A stretch of 64,000 bases of DNA from Bacteroidia bacterium (lineage in GTDB: Bacteria > Bacteroidota > Bacteroidia > SpSt-205). The notes beneath the pieces are model-generated. The model was not told where the DNA came from. It did no database searches and saw only the letters and a program-made list of their open reading frames with translations. The stretch covers positions 70,727-134,726 of the forward strand of contig JAOAHZ010000007.1 of NCBI GenBank assembly GCA_026414975.1, written 5' to 3'. Shown here piece after piece: positions 10,117 to 19,312 of this stretch; the stretch's first letter is position 1, and every line of letters starts with the position of its first letter. The position numbers and the translations under genes are program-made.

Positions 10117-10154
10117 AAACAAAAAAGGGTGGGCTTTTGCTACAAAGCCCACCC
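10117..10154 (-). terminator. Rho-independent terminator after the T9SS cargo gene. On the minus strand it reads as an 11 bp stem GGGTGGGCTTT / AAAGCCCACCC followed by TTTTTTGTTT.
   Basis: Read directly from the sequence: hairpin at 10127-10154 and the plus-strand A-run at 10118-10126. Confidence 0.65.
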
Positions 10155-10174
10155 GATTTGCGGAGAAAAAGGTC

Positions 10175-11638
10175 TTAGCGGACGACGTTAATCATGAATC
10201 CAGTACGACCGTAAGGAGTCTGAGCGCTGAGGATATACATCCCTGCCGCCACATTCCCAAGGTCTAAAGAAACCGTTGCTTCGCCCGCAGGTACGGGACG
10301 CTCCCAGCTATGAAGTACAGCTCCATCTGTAGAGATAAGCTGGAAGCGCGCCACCGTGGCTACAGGTGTAGAAAGGAAGATATTGATGCAGTCCACGGCT
10401 GGATTCGGGTAGGGAATCCCAAAACCTTGCCTACCACTCTTTATGACAGAAGTTTGGCAGTTCGCCTGACTCACACCTCCGTTACTTCCAGGCGCCTGAT
10501 AGACGATGGGGAAGAGGAGAAAGTTAAGCTGATATCCTCCGCCAGAGAATATAAAGTACTGTGGATACCACTCATCCTTAAGTACCCACTGATCCGTACT
10601 TTGGCGAAAGCCAGGAGTAAGTAGATAGTTGCGTCCAACAAGATTAGTATCCCCCGTTAGGCAGAGGGCGTCCTCCTGGTAAGCAGGTCCTATGAGACCA
10701 CAGAGAGTATCCGCAATGCCATCTAAAGTAGGGTGATAAAGCTCATACTTAAGCGCAACATAGAATGAGCGAGGGCGATCCACCTCTACCGGTGAGCTAA
10801 AATAGACATGATCTAAGCGCTCTAGGCGATTAATTTGTTGTGACACACACTGACCTGAACTGGTGGGCCACCCTATACGAATTTGAGAGGCCGGTTTGGA
10901 TACTTGTGCAATCGTGTCTCCAGGGTAAATCCAGGGACGGACATCACCAGGCCCTACCTCGAGATCAAACGCAACAGTATCTCTAAGCTCATACCAAACG
11001 GTGTAGACGCCATCGCCATTATCACCTGTGGGAGCTACCAACTGACTCGCATCGCAGTCACGAGGGGTTGTCCCAGGCTTATTCAAAATATGAGCGGCCG
11101 CGCCTTTGATGTAAAGAGAGTTTCCAGAGCCAGCTAATGCGCAGGGATCTATATCATACCGTTCAGCGATGCCGCCCCCAATGTAGAATAGAGTGTCTGG
11201 AGCCGTATTAGTAGGTGGGAATAGATAGTTGCTAAAAAACGGAGGGTTGCCTGTTTGAACCGACCGAATCAGCCATGCTCCCACGCTATACAAGCTGTCG
11301 AAAAAGCTATGGTGACAATCAGAGGAAGTGTTAGGGTCTATATCCTCTCCGGCATTATTGGCCAGGAGGGTATCTCCCGCGAAGTTAGGCTGGGTACTAG
11401 GAGTATTGGGAACTGTATCGGCATCCTGACTCGGCTTGAGCCACGGGAGTGGAGGAAGTACAGAGGTTCTTAGCTGGGAAGGGGTAGTGCGGGGAATAGG
11501 TGCATCGCTGATCCGTTCCCAGCGAGCATTCTGGAATAAGGCATCAATTTCTGGGCGCCGCTTCAGAACTCGACGCTCTTGGGCCCACAGTAGGCTGTAC
11601 AGCCCAGCAATCCATGGTATTACCTTCAGGTAACGCAT
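10175..11638 (-). CDS. Secreted protein of unknown function with a type IX secretion (Por) C-terminal sorting domain
   Basis: It has a signal peptide MRYLKVIPWIAGLYSLLWA|Q. The C-terminal ~80 aa (...GEATVSLDLGNVAAGMYILSAQTPYGRTGFMINVVR) is typical of a T9SS type A C-terminal domain. Confidence 0.6.
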   Translation of the reverse strand: MRYLKVIPWIAGLYSLLWAQERRVLKRRPEIDALFQNARWERISDAPIPRTTPSQLRTSVLPPLPWLKPSQDADTVPNTPSTQPNFAGDTLLANNAGEDIDPNTSSDCHHSFFDSLYSVGAWLIRSVQTGNPPFFSNYLFPPTNTAPDTLFYIGGGIAERYDIDPCALAGSGNSLYIKGAAAHILNKPGTTPRDCDASQLVAPTGDNGDGVYTVWYELRDTVAFDLEVGPGDVRPWIYPGDTIAQVSKPASQIRIGWPTSSGQCVSQQINRLERLDHVYFSSPVEVDRPRSFYVALKYELYHPTLDGIADTLCGLIGPAYQEDALCLTGDTNLVGRNYLLTPGFRQSTDQWVLKDEWYPQYFIFSGGGYQLNFLLFPIVYQAPGSNGGVSQANCQTSVIKSGRQGFGIPYPNPAVDCINIFLSTPVATVARFQLISTDGAVLHSWERPVPAGEATVSLDLGNVAAGMYILSAQTPYGRTGFMINVVR

Positions 11639-11794
11639 ATCAATAGCAAAGGTAAAACTTTCCGTAAAAAGTCAAGCCTGCTTAGATAAATCCGATCCAG
11701 CATTCATTTCATAACGTCCTGCGGGAGAAGCAGTTGGTGGGTAGAATCGTATTTTTTTTGGTTTTTGAGAGGCAAGGCCGATACATTTGTCCCT

Positions 11795-12244
11795 ATGTTA
11801 GCCACCCCGATCTACAACCGTAAAGCCTTATACGACTACCAAATACTGGAGCGCTACACGGCGGGCATAGTCCTAACGGGGCCAGAGGTCAAGTCCTTAC
11901 GAGCAGGAGGGGCTCAGCTTCAAGACGCATTTTGTGCATTCAAGCATGGAGAGTTGCATATCTTGAACCTGTACATCGCTCCATACAAGCAGGCGGGCTA
12001 TACGCATACTCCCGAGCGACGACCGAGGAAACTCCTCCTTAAGAAAGATGAACTTAGGCGGCTCCAGGGCCGACTGACCCAGAAAGGGTTAACCATCATT
12101 CCTCTACGAATCTTCTTCAATGAGCGAGGCTGGGCGAAGGTAGAAATAGGCATCGCTGAAGGACGCCGAAAGTACGACAAACGGCAGGCTATTCGGGCCC
12201 GAGAGGAGCGCCGAGCTATGGAGCGCTTACAAAAGCGGTACTAA
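11795..12244 (+). CDS. smpB: SsrA-binding protein SmpB. The ORF is open from 11765; the likely start is MLATPIYNRK at 11795.
   Basis: It resembles SmpB along its full length (GIVLTGPEVKSLRAG...). A TACATTTG -7-like box lies just upstream. Confidence 0.88.
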   Translation: MLATPIYNRKALYDYQILERYTAGIVLTGPEVKSLRAGGAQLQDAFCAFKHGELHILNLYIAPYKQAGYTHTPERRPRKLLLKKDELRRLQGRLTQKGLTIIPLRIFFNERGWAKVEIGIAEGRRKYDKRQAIRAREERRAMERLQKRY

Positions 12245-12246
12245 GA

Positions 12247-13227
12247 GTGGTTCGGTTTGGGCTGCGATTAGCACTTGAAAGCATAGGCATCCTTTTTCTT
12301 AGCTTCACTCTTATTTTTCTGCTCTTGAGGGGGCTGGGCGATCCTGCTCAGATGCTTTTAGGGCAACGCTCGGATCAGGTCTCTATGGCAGCGATTCGAG
12401 CTCAGCTCCACTTAGATGCCCCATTATGGAAGCAGTACCTGTACGCTTGGGCAGACTGGCTACCCTATCGAGAGGGGCGTTGGCAGATTCCGTCCTTAGG
12501 GACATCCTATCAGTATGGGCGTCCCGTGATGGAGCTCTACTTAGAAAGATTTCCTGCTACGGCTATTTTAGCCATAAGTGGACTATTTCTGGGTTTCCTA
12601 TTAGGGGTTCTTTTGGGACTTCGGCAGGCGATACGCCCCTCATGGCTCCTGGAACGAGGGATGTTGGCTATCCTTGCCCTGCCCGGCTACGTAATAGGGA
12701 TTCTCTTAGTTGTGCTACTGGCTATCAAAGCTGGGCCATGGACAGGCTTTCCTCCCCATGGCTATATACGGGAGTTTGACCTGATCAAAGAAGCCTTTGT
12801 ATGGCGGTGGAGAGCTTGGGTTCTTCCTGCCCTTGCGCTCTCCTTGCGTCCTGCAGCCCATCTCTTTTTTCTCACCTACACCCAAGCTCAGGAGCTTCTT
12901 TGGTCAGACTTTGTGCGCACCGCTCGAGCCAAAGGAAAGCCTACCTCCCGAATCCTTCTGCTCGACGTGGGGCGCAATCTCCTGCCTACCATTGCCGTTA
13001 GCCTATCTCAATGGCTGGCAGGGCTTTTCACGGGAGCGGTGTTTATAGAAGAGCTATTTGACTGGCCAGGTGTGGGGAAGCTCCTTTTCTCAGCCATGGC
13101 CAGTAGCGACTTCCCCCTCCTGATGGGTATATCTCAGCTTTCTACCCTACTATTTATCCTACTTCATGCCGCTGGAGAAATAATCAGCCGCTGGGCTGAC
13201 CCTCGGCTGCGTACTTTAGCGCAGTAA
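12247..13227 (+). CDS. ABC transporter permease of the OppB/DppB binding-protein-dependent family
   Basis: It has six predicted transmembrane segments and the EAA-like region of this permease family. It is solitary: no ATPase or substrate-binding protein gene is adjacent. Confidence 0.65.
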   Translation: MVRFGLRLALESIGILFLSFTLIFLLLRGLGDPAQMLLGQRSDQVSMAAIRAQLHLDAPLWKQYLYAWADWLPYREGRWQIPSLGTSYQYGRPVMELYLERFPATAILAISGLFLGFLLGVLLGLRQAIRPSWLLERGMLAILALPGYVIGILLVVLLAIKAGPWTGFPPHGYIREFDLIKEAFVWRWRAWVLPALALSLRPAAHLFFLTYTQAQELLWSDFVRTARAKGKPTSRILLLDVGRNLLPTIAVSLSQWLAGLFTGAVFIEELFDWPGVGKLLFSAMASSDFPLLMGISQLSTLLFILLHAAGEIISRWADPRLRTLAQ

Positions 13228-16200
13228 AGTTACTGTGCCGCTGTGTGCCTCCACCGAGGATCTATCCGCCAGCTTATAGCGGATTAAGAACACATAACTC
13301 CCTTCTGGAACGGGTGTTCCATCTTTAGTGCCGTCCCAAGTAAGCTGATCCGATCCAGACGTGGTATAGATCAGCAGCCCCCACCGGTCGTAAATACTCA
13401 TCTCCATGCGCTCCATCCCGTACCCAATCACTATAAAGCGATCATTTATTCCATCTCCATTAGGAGTAAACGCATTAGGTACAAGCAAAGCATATCCCGT
13501 TACATCAAAGCAATAAGAAGCCGTATCCACACATCCCAAAGGACTTTCTACCGTGAGATACACGCAGTAGGTTCCTTTTCGAAGGTACGAAATGGTATAA
13601 CTAATGCCTGTATCAGCTTCTTGACTATCTGCACGCCAGAAGAACCGAGTATTGAGCGGAGCTGAGGCTGCTGTGAAAGTAATCGGCGAGGATACATAAT
13701 AGCCAAGGGAGCTGGGTTGCGGCGGTGCAATGATCTGAGCAGTGGGAAAGCCCTCTACATAGATGGGCACTTGGATAGTATCATAGCACTGGGAAGAGCT
13801 CTGAGCGTAGAAGGTAGCTATGTACTGCCCTGGTTGGGTATAAGTGTGCGTAGCTTGACTACCAGGGATTTGAGTACCGTCCCCCATGTCCCAACGGAAT
13901 GTAAGAGGGTTCCCAAGGCTGCTGGTACCCGTGGCAGATAGCTCCACTTGAAGAGGAGCGCACCCCTGTGGGGGTGTAGGCGAGGTCGATAAAAGCTGAG
14001 CCGTAACTCTGTCCCCAGTTGCAGAGATAGTGATAGGTAGTACAAAAGTATCAGCACATCCGATGCTATTCCGAACAACGAGCTGGACCAGATAGGTTCC
14101 AGCGCTTCTGTAGAATCCTGAAGCGGTCGGCGCAGAAGTCGTGAGAGTAGTCCCGTTTCCAAAATCCCAGATGTAGGTAAGGGTGTCCGTTCCCTGCACC
14201 GTAGCTGCAAAATCTACCGACACAGGCAGACAATCAGGAATAGGTTGATTGGTCAAGCTAAGTATTTCTACGCTATCGGTAGGGGTAAGCACGAAGACCG
14301 TTCGCCCTTGACAATTGAGCGAGTCACGACCTATGAACTCATACGGCACGCCTACAGGGATACCCGTGAAAGTAGGACTATTCTGAGGTCCGAAGGTGGG
14401 ACCTGTGCCTGGCGTAACAGGTGCAGCTTGATACACTAAAGGAGGAACGGCATTGGGAGCGGTTGAAAGAGTTACAGTACCTGTAGAAGCGCCCTTACAA
14501 GTCCTCTGACCCACAGCGGTCAGACCGATGGCGTTTCGGGTATCTACAATTAGTGTATCGGTCGCAGTGCATCCCTGAGCCGTAGAAGCTCGGACAACTA
14601 CGATATATTGAGCAGGTACAGGAAAGGTGTAGGTAACATTTGGCCCTGTCGTAGTCTGAGAAGTACCATTTCCAAAGTCCCATGTGAAACTCAAACCCCC
14701 TCCAAGCGTAGAAGTAGCCTGAACTTCTAACCGAAGTGTGAGGGGGGCACAGCCGTAACGAATACTATCGCCCAAAAATGAAACCGTAATGCTATCACCC
14801 TGACCGACGAATAGGGTGTCGGCTTTGGTACAAGTGATTGGAGTCGGACCAGCTACGACTACCACATACGAACCAGGAACTAAGCCACCAAAGCCACCAG
14901 AGGCTTGAGGCCCAGCCACAACGTTACCCGATATGTCATACAAGGTGTAAGTATATGTGCCAGGTGAGTTAGGTGTGACCGTAATCGAGCCATCCGCAAG
15001 CCCCCGACAAGTCGCCGAGTTAGTCTGCACCGTGAAATCAGGTAGAGGGTTGAAGATAGCTACAGCGGTATCTATCCGAATACAACCATTAGCGTCTTGA
15101 GTAACTGCATAGAGAGGCACATTACCGGTGAAAGTCAGAGGGACTGTGTAAGAAAGACTTGTCCCAGTCCCGATTAGGGTGCCTGTAAGGGGAGCCCCTG
15201 TGTACCATTGGATGGGCAATCCAAGAGCAGAGGTTGCCGACAAGGTGATCGTCTGGCCCACACACGCTTGTATGGGTTCTTGAATGCGGACCGTATCAGG
15301 AGGGAATATTCTCACACGCAAAGTATCTCTATCCACGCAGCCCCCCCGAAAGGTTACCGTGGCAATGTATTCTCCTGGTCCTGTGACCGTTACCAGAGGA
15401 CGAATAGCTTGACTAAGAGGCGGCGGAGGAAAGGAAGGCGGCGCAGCCAGCCCTCCTGTCGTGCTCCACCCTACCGATGCAATGTCCGACGCATTGGGCA
15501 CCGAATCACGCACGGTCAAGTATAGCCAAAGTTGAGTCCCCAAACAAACCGTTGTATCTCGGGTAATCACCGTGTCCCCAGGCGCACGAATGACCGCTAT
15601 GCCTCCATTCCACGCCAACCCAGGTCTCACCCGCAGAATGTAGGTGTAATCCCAGCGCACACGTATCGGACAGCTATTATTCTCTACTGTAATGACTACT
15701 GTATGGTCCCCTAAGTCCGATGTGGTTGGGGTCCAACAGAGCTGAACCTGAGCGTTATTTGTATTGTTCCCTGATACAGTAGCGGTAGCTCCCGGTGGAA
15801 TCTGCACCACAGTTATGCGCAGTCTATTCTGAGGAGCGGGATTGATGGTATCCCGATAATTGAATGTCAAGCAGTACTGCTGAGGAGGCTGACTGGGGCA
15901 TAAGGGCAAGGTGAATATAAATGAGTTTGCATTGCCTTCGTCATATACAGCTGGGGGACGGTTCGGCGGAATTGTCACAGCAGTAGGAGGCGTAGGTGTA
16001 GGACAGTTCTGAATGATTAAGTACACATCCTGAAAAGTCTCTCCGATTTTTACGCCGTTGCGATACTCTTCTACTTTGTAGCAGAAGGCCGCCCGATAAA
16101 TCTGCGAAGGGATATATCTAAAAAGTCCTCCTGATTGGATCAAAAAACCAGTCGTAGTAGGGAAGGGATTGATGCCGCTTCGCCCTGGAACATAGGTTGT

Positions 16201-16872
16201 AGGGGGGAAGGGCGGAGGCGTAGATCCGAAAGGCTGATCTAAACAGTTTGTTAGAGAAAGGACTAAAGAGTCGCCATCGGGATCCACTACGCCTAAGTTC
16301 AAAAGGGTAGGACGATTGACGCAATTGAAAAATTGGGGGATGTTAGAAAAGACTGGGGAGTTATTACAAGGCACGACGGTGTTATCCAAAAGAGCGTACA
16401 AGGTCGTCCCTTGGGAGTCTGGATCATCTAAGTTATCAATAGAGGCAGAGCGGCAGCAGTCATCGTGCCAGATGACCCAGTCGCTTCCGCACCCTGTAGG
16501 AAGTGAAATAGTTGTTTCGTAGATCCATCGCTGAATTCCATATAGACCTGGGGCTCCGTTGGGACAGGCGGTGGGCTGTCCTGTACAGACGGGCGTTACG
16601 TCCTGACCCGCCCCCGGACCAGCTACAGGTATTGGAATACTAACAGACTGAGAGACACCGCATTGAGCCGATGACCACCTCACTACAATACTACCCATCG
16701 GAATGCCGTTGCAGTCTCGATAGATGGTTACGCGGATTCTATACCGAGTTTGGCTGGGATTAGCAGGATTAGGACCGAGACACTGATAGGTCAAATCGCC
16801 TCCCAGGTAATGCGAAGCCCACAGAGAATGAATACTCAGAATGGCAAGCCTGATCGACTCTCTCAGCCTCAC
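13216..16872 (-). CDS. Large secreted adhesin-like protein with three PKD repeats and a gliding-motility-type (type B) T9SS C-terminal domain
   Basis: It has an N-terminal signal peptide. It has three PKD-like repeats (FTWDFGNGTSQTTTGPNVTYTF, YIWDFGNGTTLTTSAPTASGFYRSAGTY, FRWDMGDGTQIPGSQATHTYTQPGQY). The C-terminus carries the type B hallmark ...LLVPNAFTPNGDGINDRFIV... Confidence 0.8.
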   Translation of the reverse strand: MRLRESIRLAILSIHSLWASHYLGGDLTYQCLGPNPANPSQTRYRIRVTIYRDCNGIPMGSIVVRWSSAQCGVSQSVSIPIPVAGPGAGQDVTPVCTGQPTACPNGAPGLYGIQRWIYETTISLPTGCGSDWVIWHDDCCRSASIDNLDDPDSQGTTLYALLDNTVVPCNNSPVFSNIPQFFNCVNRPTLLNLGVVDPDGDSLVLSLTNCLDQPFGSTPPPFPPTTYVPGRSGINPFPTTTGFLIQSGGLFRYIPSQIYRAAFCYKVEEYRNGVKIGETFQDVYLIIQNCPTPTPPTAVTIPPNRPPAVYDEGNANSFIFTLPLCPSQPPQQYCLTFNYRDTINPAPQNRLRITVVQIPPGATATVSGNNTNNAQVQLCWTPTTSDLGDHTVVITVENNSCPIRVRWDYTYILRVRPGLAWNGGIAVIRAPGDTVITRDTTVCLGTQLWLYLTVRDSVPNASDIASVGWSTTGGLAAPPSFPPPPLSQAIRPLVTVTGPGEYIATVTFRGGCVDRDTLRVRIFPPDTVRIQEPIQACVGQTITLSATSALGLPIQWYTGAPLTGTLIGTGTSLSYTVPLTFTGNVPLYAVTQDANGCIRIDTAVAIFNPLPDFTVQTNSATCRGLADGSITVTPNSPGTYTYTLYDISGNVVAGPQASGGFGGLVPGSYVVVVAGPTPITCTKADTLFVGQGDSITVSFLGDSIRYGCAPLTLRLEVQATSTLGGGLSFTWDFGNGTSQTTTGPNVTYTFPVPAQYIVVVRASTAQGCTATDTLIVDTRNAIGLTAVGQRTCKGASTGTVTLSTAPNAVPPLVYQAAPVTPGTGPTFGPQNSPTFTGIPVGVPYEFIGRDSLNCQGRTVFVLTPTDSVEILSLTNQPIPDCLPVSVDFAATVQGTDTLTYIWDFGNGTTLTTSAPTASGFYRSAGTYLVQLVVRNSIGCADTFVLPITISATGDRVTAQLLSTSPTPPQGCAPLQVELSATGTSSLGNPLTFRWDMGDGTQIPGSQATHTYTQPGQYIATFYAQSSSQCYDTIQVPIYVEGFPTAQIIAPPQPSSLGYYVSSPITFTAASAPLNTRFFWRADSQEADTGISYTISYLRKGTYCVYLTVESPLGCVDTASYCFDVTGYALLVPNAFTPNGDGINDRFIVIGYGMERMEMSIYDRWGLLIYTTSGSDQLTWDGTKDGTPVPEGSYVFLIRYKLADRSSVEAHSGTVTLLR

Positions 16873-16886
16873 TGCGTAGCAAAGTT

Positions 16887-17504
16887 ATGAAAAATCAGGA
16901 CTTAGGGTACAAGTCCTACTTTTATACTATGCAGGAGAGGATTCGGCACAGCATAGAAGAGGCCATTTCCCTCAGGCGGGCGATGGTAGAGTCGCTCGAC
17001 CAGTTAGACCTCATAGAGCGCATTACCCGAGCCGTGATACAGACGCTCAGAGGAGGGGGACGCGTGTTCTTTTGTGGAAACGGGGGCAGTGCAGCCGATG
17101 CTCAACACTTAGCTGCTGAGCTCACAGGTCGCTACTACAAGGACCGCCCGCCTCTTCCAGCCGAGGCTTTGCATGTCAATACGTCCTTTCTCACCGCGGT
17201 AGCGAATGATTACGGCTACGAGGAGACCTACGCTCGGCTGCTTCGAGGCTGGGGGCGAGCAGGGGATCTATTATGGGCTATGAGCACTTCAGGTAACTCC
17301 CCCAATATCCTAAAGGCTTTAGACACCGCCCGAGAGTTGGGCATGACGACCGTAGGCCTCACGGGCGCTACAGGCGGACAAATGATAGGACGCTGTGATT
17401 ACCTCTTGCGGGTTCCCTCTACCGACACACCTCGCATTCAAGAGATGCACATGCTCGTAGGACATATCGTATGCGAGCTGGTGGAAAGGGAGCTTTTTGG
17501 ATAG
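16887..17504 (+). CDS. gmhA: SIS-domain phosphoheptose isomerase (GmhA-like)
   Basis: It has the GmhA-type SIS motif VFFCGNGGSAADAQHLAAEL, and its ~190-205 aa length fits GmhA. Confidence 0.7.
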   Translation: MKNQDLGYKSYFYTMQERIRHSIEEAISLRRAMVESLDQLDLIERITRAVIQTLRGGGRVFFCGNGGSAADAQHLAAELTGRYYKDRPPLPAEALHVNTSFLTAVANDYGYEETYARLLRGWGRAGDLLWAMSTSGNSPNILKALDTARELGMTTVGLTGATGGQMIGRCDYLLRVPSTDTPRIQEMHMLVGHIVCELVERELFG

Positions 17505-17554
17505 CTACAAACAGCCCCATCCTCCCTCGCTTTATCTTGCTGTAACTTCGTCTC

Positions 17555-19312
17555 ATGCGCACCGGGACGCTGGGTGTCAATCTGTCGGGACTGCTGCCTA
17601 TTATTCGTCGGTATCTCTATACCCATTCGGATGTATTTCTTCGGGAACTGATAGCTAATGGCGTAGATGCCTGCCAAAAACTACTAGCCATTGGCCCCCG
17701 AGAGAACATTACTCTATCCCCCGATCAGCTTAGGGTAGAAATAGTTGTCTATCCTGCCAAGCGCCAGCTTGTCGTTCGCGATAATGGGATAGGTATGACA
17801 GAGGAGGAGGTGGAGCGGTTTCTCACAGTCATTGCAGCTTCAAGCGCCAGAGAGTTCGCAGAGAAGTACAAAGAGACGGACATTATTGGATTTTTCGGGA
17901 TGGGGTTTTACTCAGCCTTCATGGTGGCGGAAAAAGTGGAAGTTTTGACCCAATCCTACCGAGCCGAATTACCCGCCGTCCGCTGGATTGGAGACGGCTC
18001 GGAAAACTACCACATAGAGCTAACCCAACGCCCAGAGGGGCGAGGAACCACCGTTACCCTTCACCTGGCCAAAGAGTATGAAGAGTATGCCCAAGTCTGG
18101 AAGGTACGGCAAATCGCCGAGAAGTATGCCCGCTTTCTCCCCATATCTATCTCTGTAGAGGGCAGTCCTATCAATCAAAAGCCTTTATGGCGAGACCATC
18201 CAACCCAAGTCCAACCTGAAACGTACAAGCAATTTTATCGGCTTCTCTACCCGGGGCGTCCAGAGCCCGTCTTTCATGTGCATCTAAACATAGATTACCC
18301 TGTCCATCTCCAAGGTATCTTGTACTTTCCTCCTCTCCGCCCCGAGATGGTTGTGGAAAAGAACACCCTTTCGCTGTATGTGCGGGGGATGTTTATTACG
18401 GATCAACTGAGTGAGCTTCTGCCTCCCTATTTTGAACTTCTACACGGAGTGATCGAGTCAGCCGACATTCCTCTAAATGTGTCGCGCAGCCAACTCCAGA
18501 TAGACCCTACTGTACGCAAAATCAGCCAATACATTAGCCGAAAGGTTGCCGAAAAGCTTAAGGAGCTTGCAGAAACCGACCGTAGCGCTTACGAGAAAGT
18601 ATGGGATAGCGTAGGACCCTTCGTAAAATACGGCATGGTGAGAGATGAAGATTTTGCTAAGAGGGTAAAAGACATTGTGCTGTTTCATGCCGTGAGTGGA
18701 GAATTTTTTACCCTCCCTGAATACAAAGCTAAAGTCAGTGCAGCGAGGGATCCACGAGGTTTCATCGTGGGATTTTATGTGAATGACCTCAAAAAACAAG
18801 GAACCTTAGCTCAGCTCTTTCAATCTAAGGGCTATATTGTAGTCAAAGCGGACAGCGTTATAGACCCCTACTGGCTCTCTCATGTAGAAGCCTCGGAGGG
18901 ACTTCGCTTCGTGCGCGTGGATGCAGAGGAAGCGGCACGCTGGTTAGAGTCTAATGAGGGAGAGGGTGCTTTGAACGTCCAAGAGATTCAAAGCGTAAAG
19001 GAAGCCCTTGAGCGCCTCACAGCTCTCAAGGTAGAGCCGCAAGCTATGGGACCTAATGGACCCGCTGCCCTCCTTTTGAGAGAGGAAAGTCAGCGTCGCC
19101 TATACGAAGCTACCTTACAAGGCGAAGTACCCTCCCCTTCACGGTTCATTTTCAATACTCAACATCCCATCTATCGGCGATATTTGCTCACTCAGGACAT
19201 ACGATGGTTAGAACACGCACGAGATTGGGCTCGGCTACTCAGTGGCGACTTAGGGGAAACCGACCTTCAGGCTTTTCTCTCGCGCGACTGGTCTCTTTTA
19301 TCGGGCTCTTAG
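17555..19312 (+). CDS. htpG: Molecular chaperone HtpG (Hsp90)
   Basis: The N-terminal ATPase region carries the motifs SDVFLRELIANGVDA and IGFFGMGFYSAFMVAEKVEV. The 585 aa product is slightly short for HtpG. Confidence 0.88.
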   Translation: MRTGTLGVNLSGLLPIIRRYLYTHSDVFLRELIANGVDACQKLLAIGPRENITLSPDQLRVEIVVYPAKRQLVVRDNGIGMTEEEVERFLTVIAASSAREFAEKYKETDIIGFFGMGFYSAFMVAEKVEVLTQSYRAELPAVRWIGDGSENYHIELTQRPEGRGTTVTLHLAKEYEEYAQVWKVRQIAEKYARFLPISISVEGSPINQKPLWRDHPTQVQPETYKQFYRLLYPGRPEPVFHVHLNIDYPVHLQGILYFPPLRPEMVVEKNTLSLYVRGMFITDQLSELLPPYFELLHGVIESADIPLNVSRSQLQIDPTVRKISQYISRKVAEKLKELAETDRSAYEKVWDSVGPFVKYGMVRDEDFAKRVKDIVLFHAVSGEFFTLPEYKAKVSAARDPRGFIVGFYVNDLKKQGTLAQLFQSKGYIVVKADSVIDPYWLSHVEASEGLRFVRVDAEEAARWLESNEGEGALNVQEIQSVKEALERLTALKVEPQAMGPNGPAALLLREESQRRLYEATLQGEVPSPSRFIFNTQHPIYRRYLLTQDIRWLEHARDWARLLSGDLGETDLQAFLSRDWSLLSGS

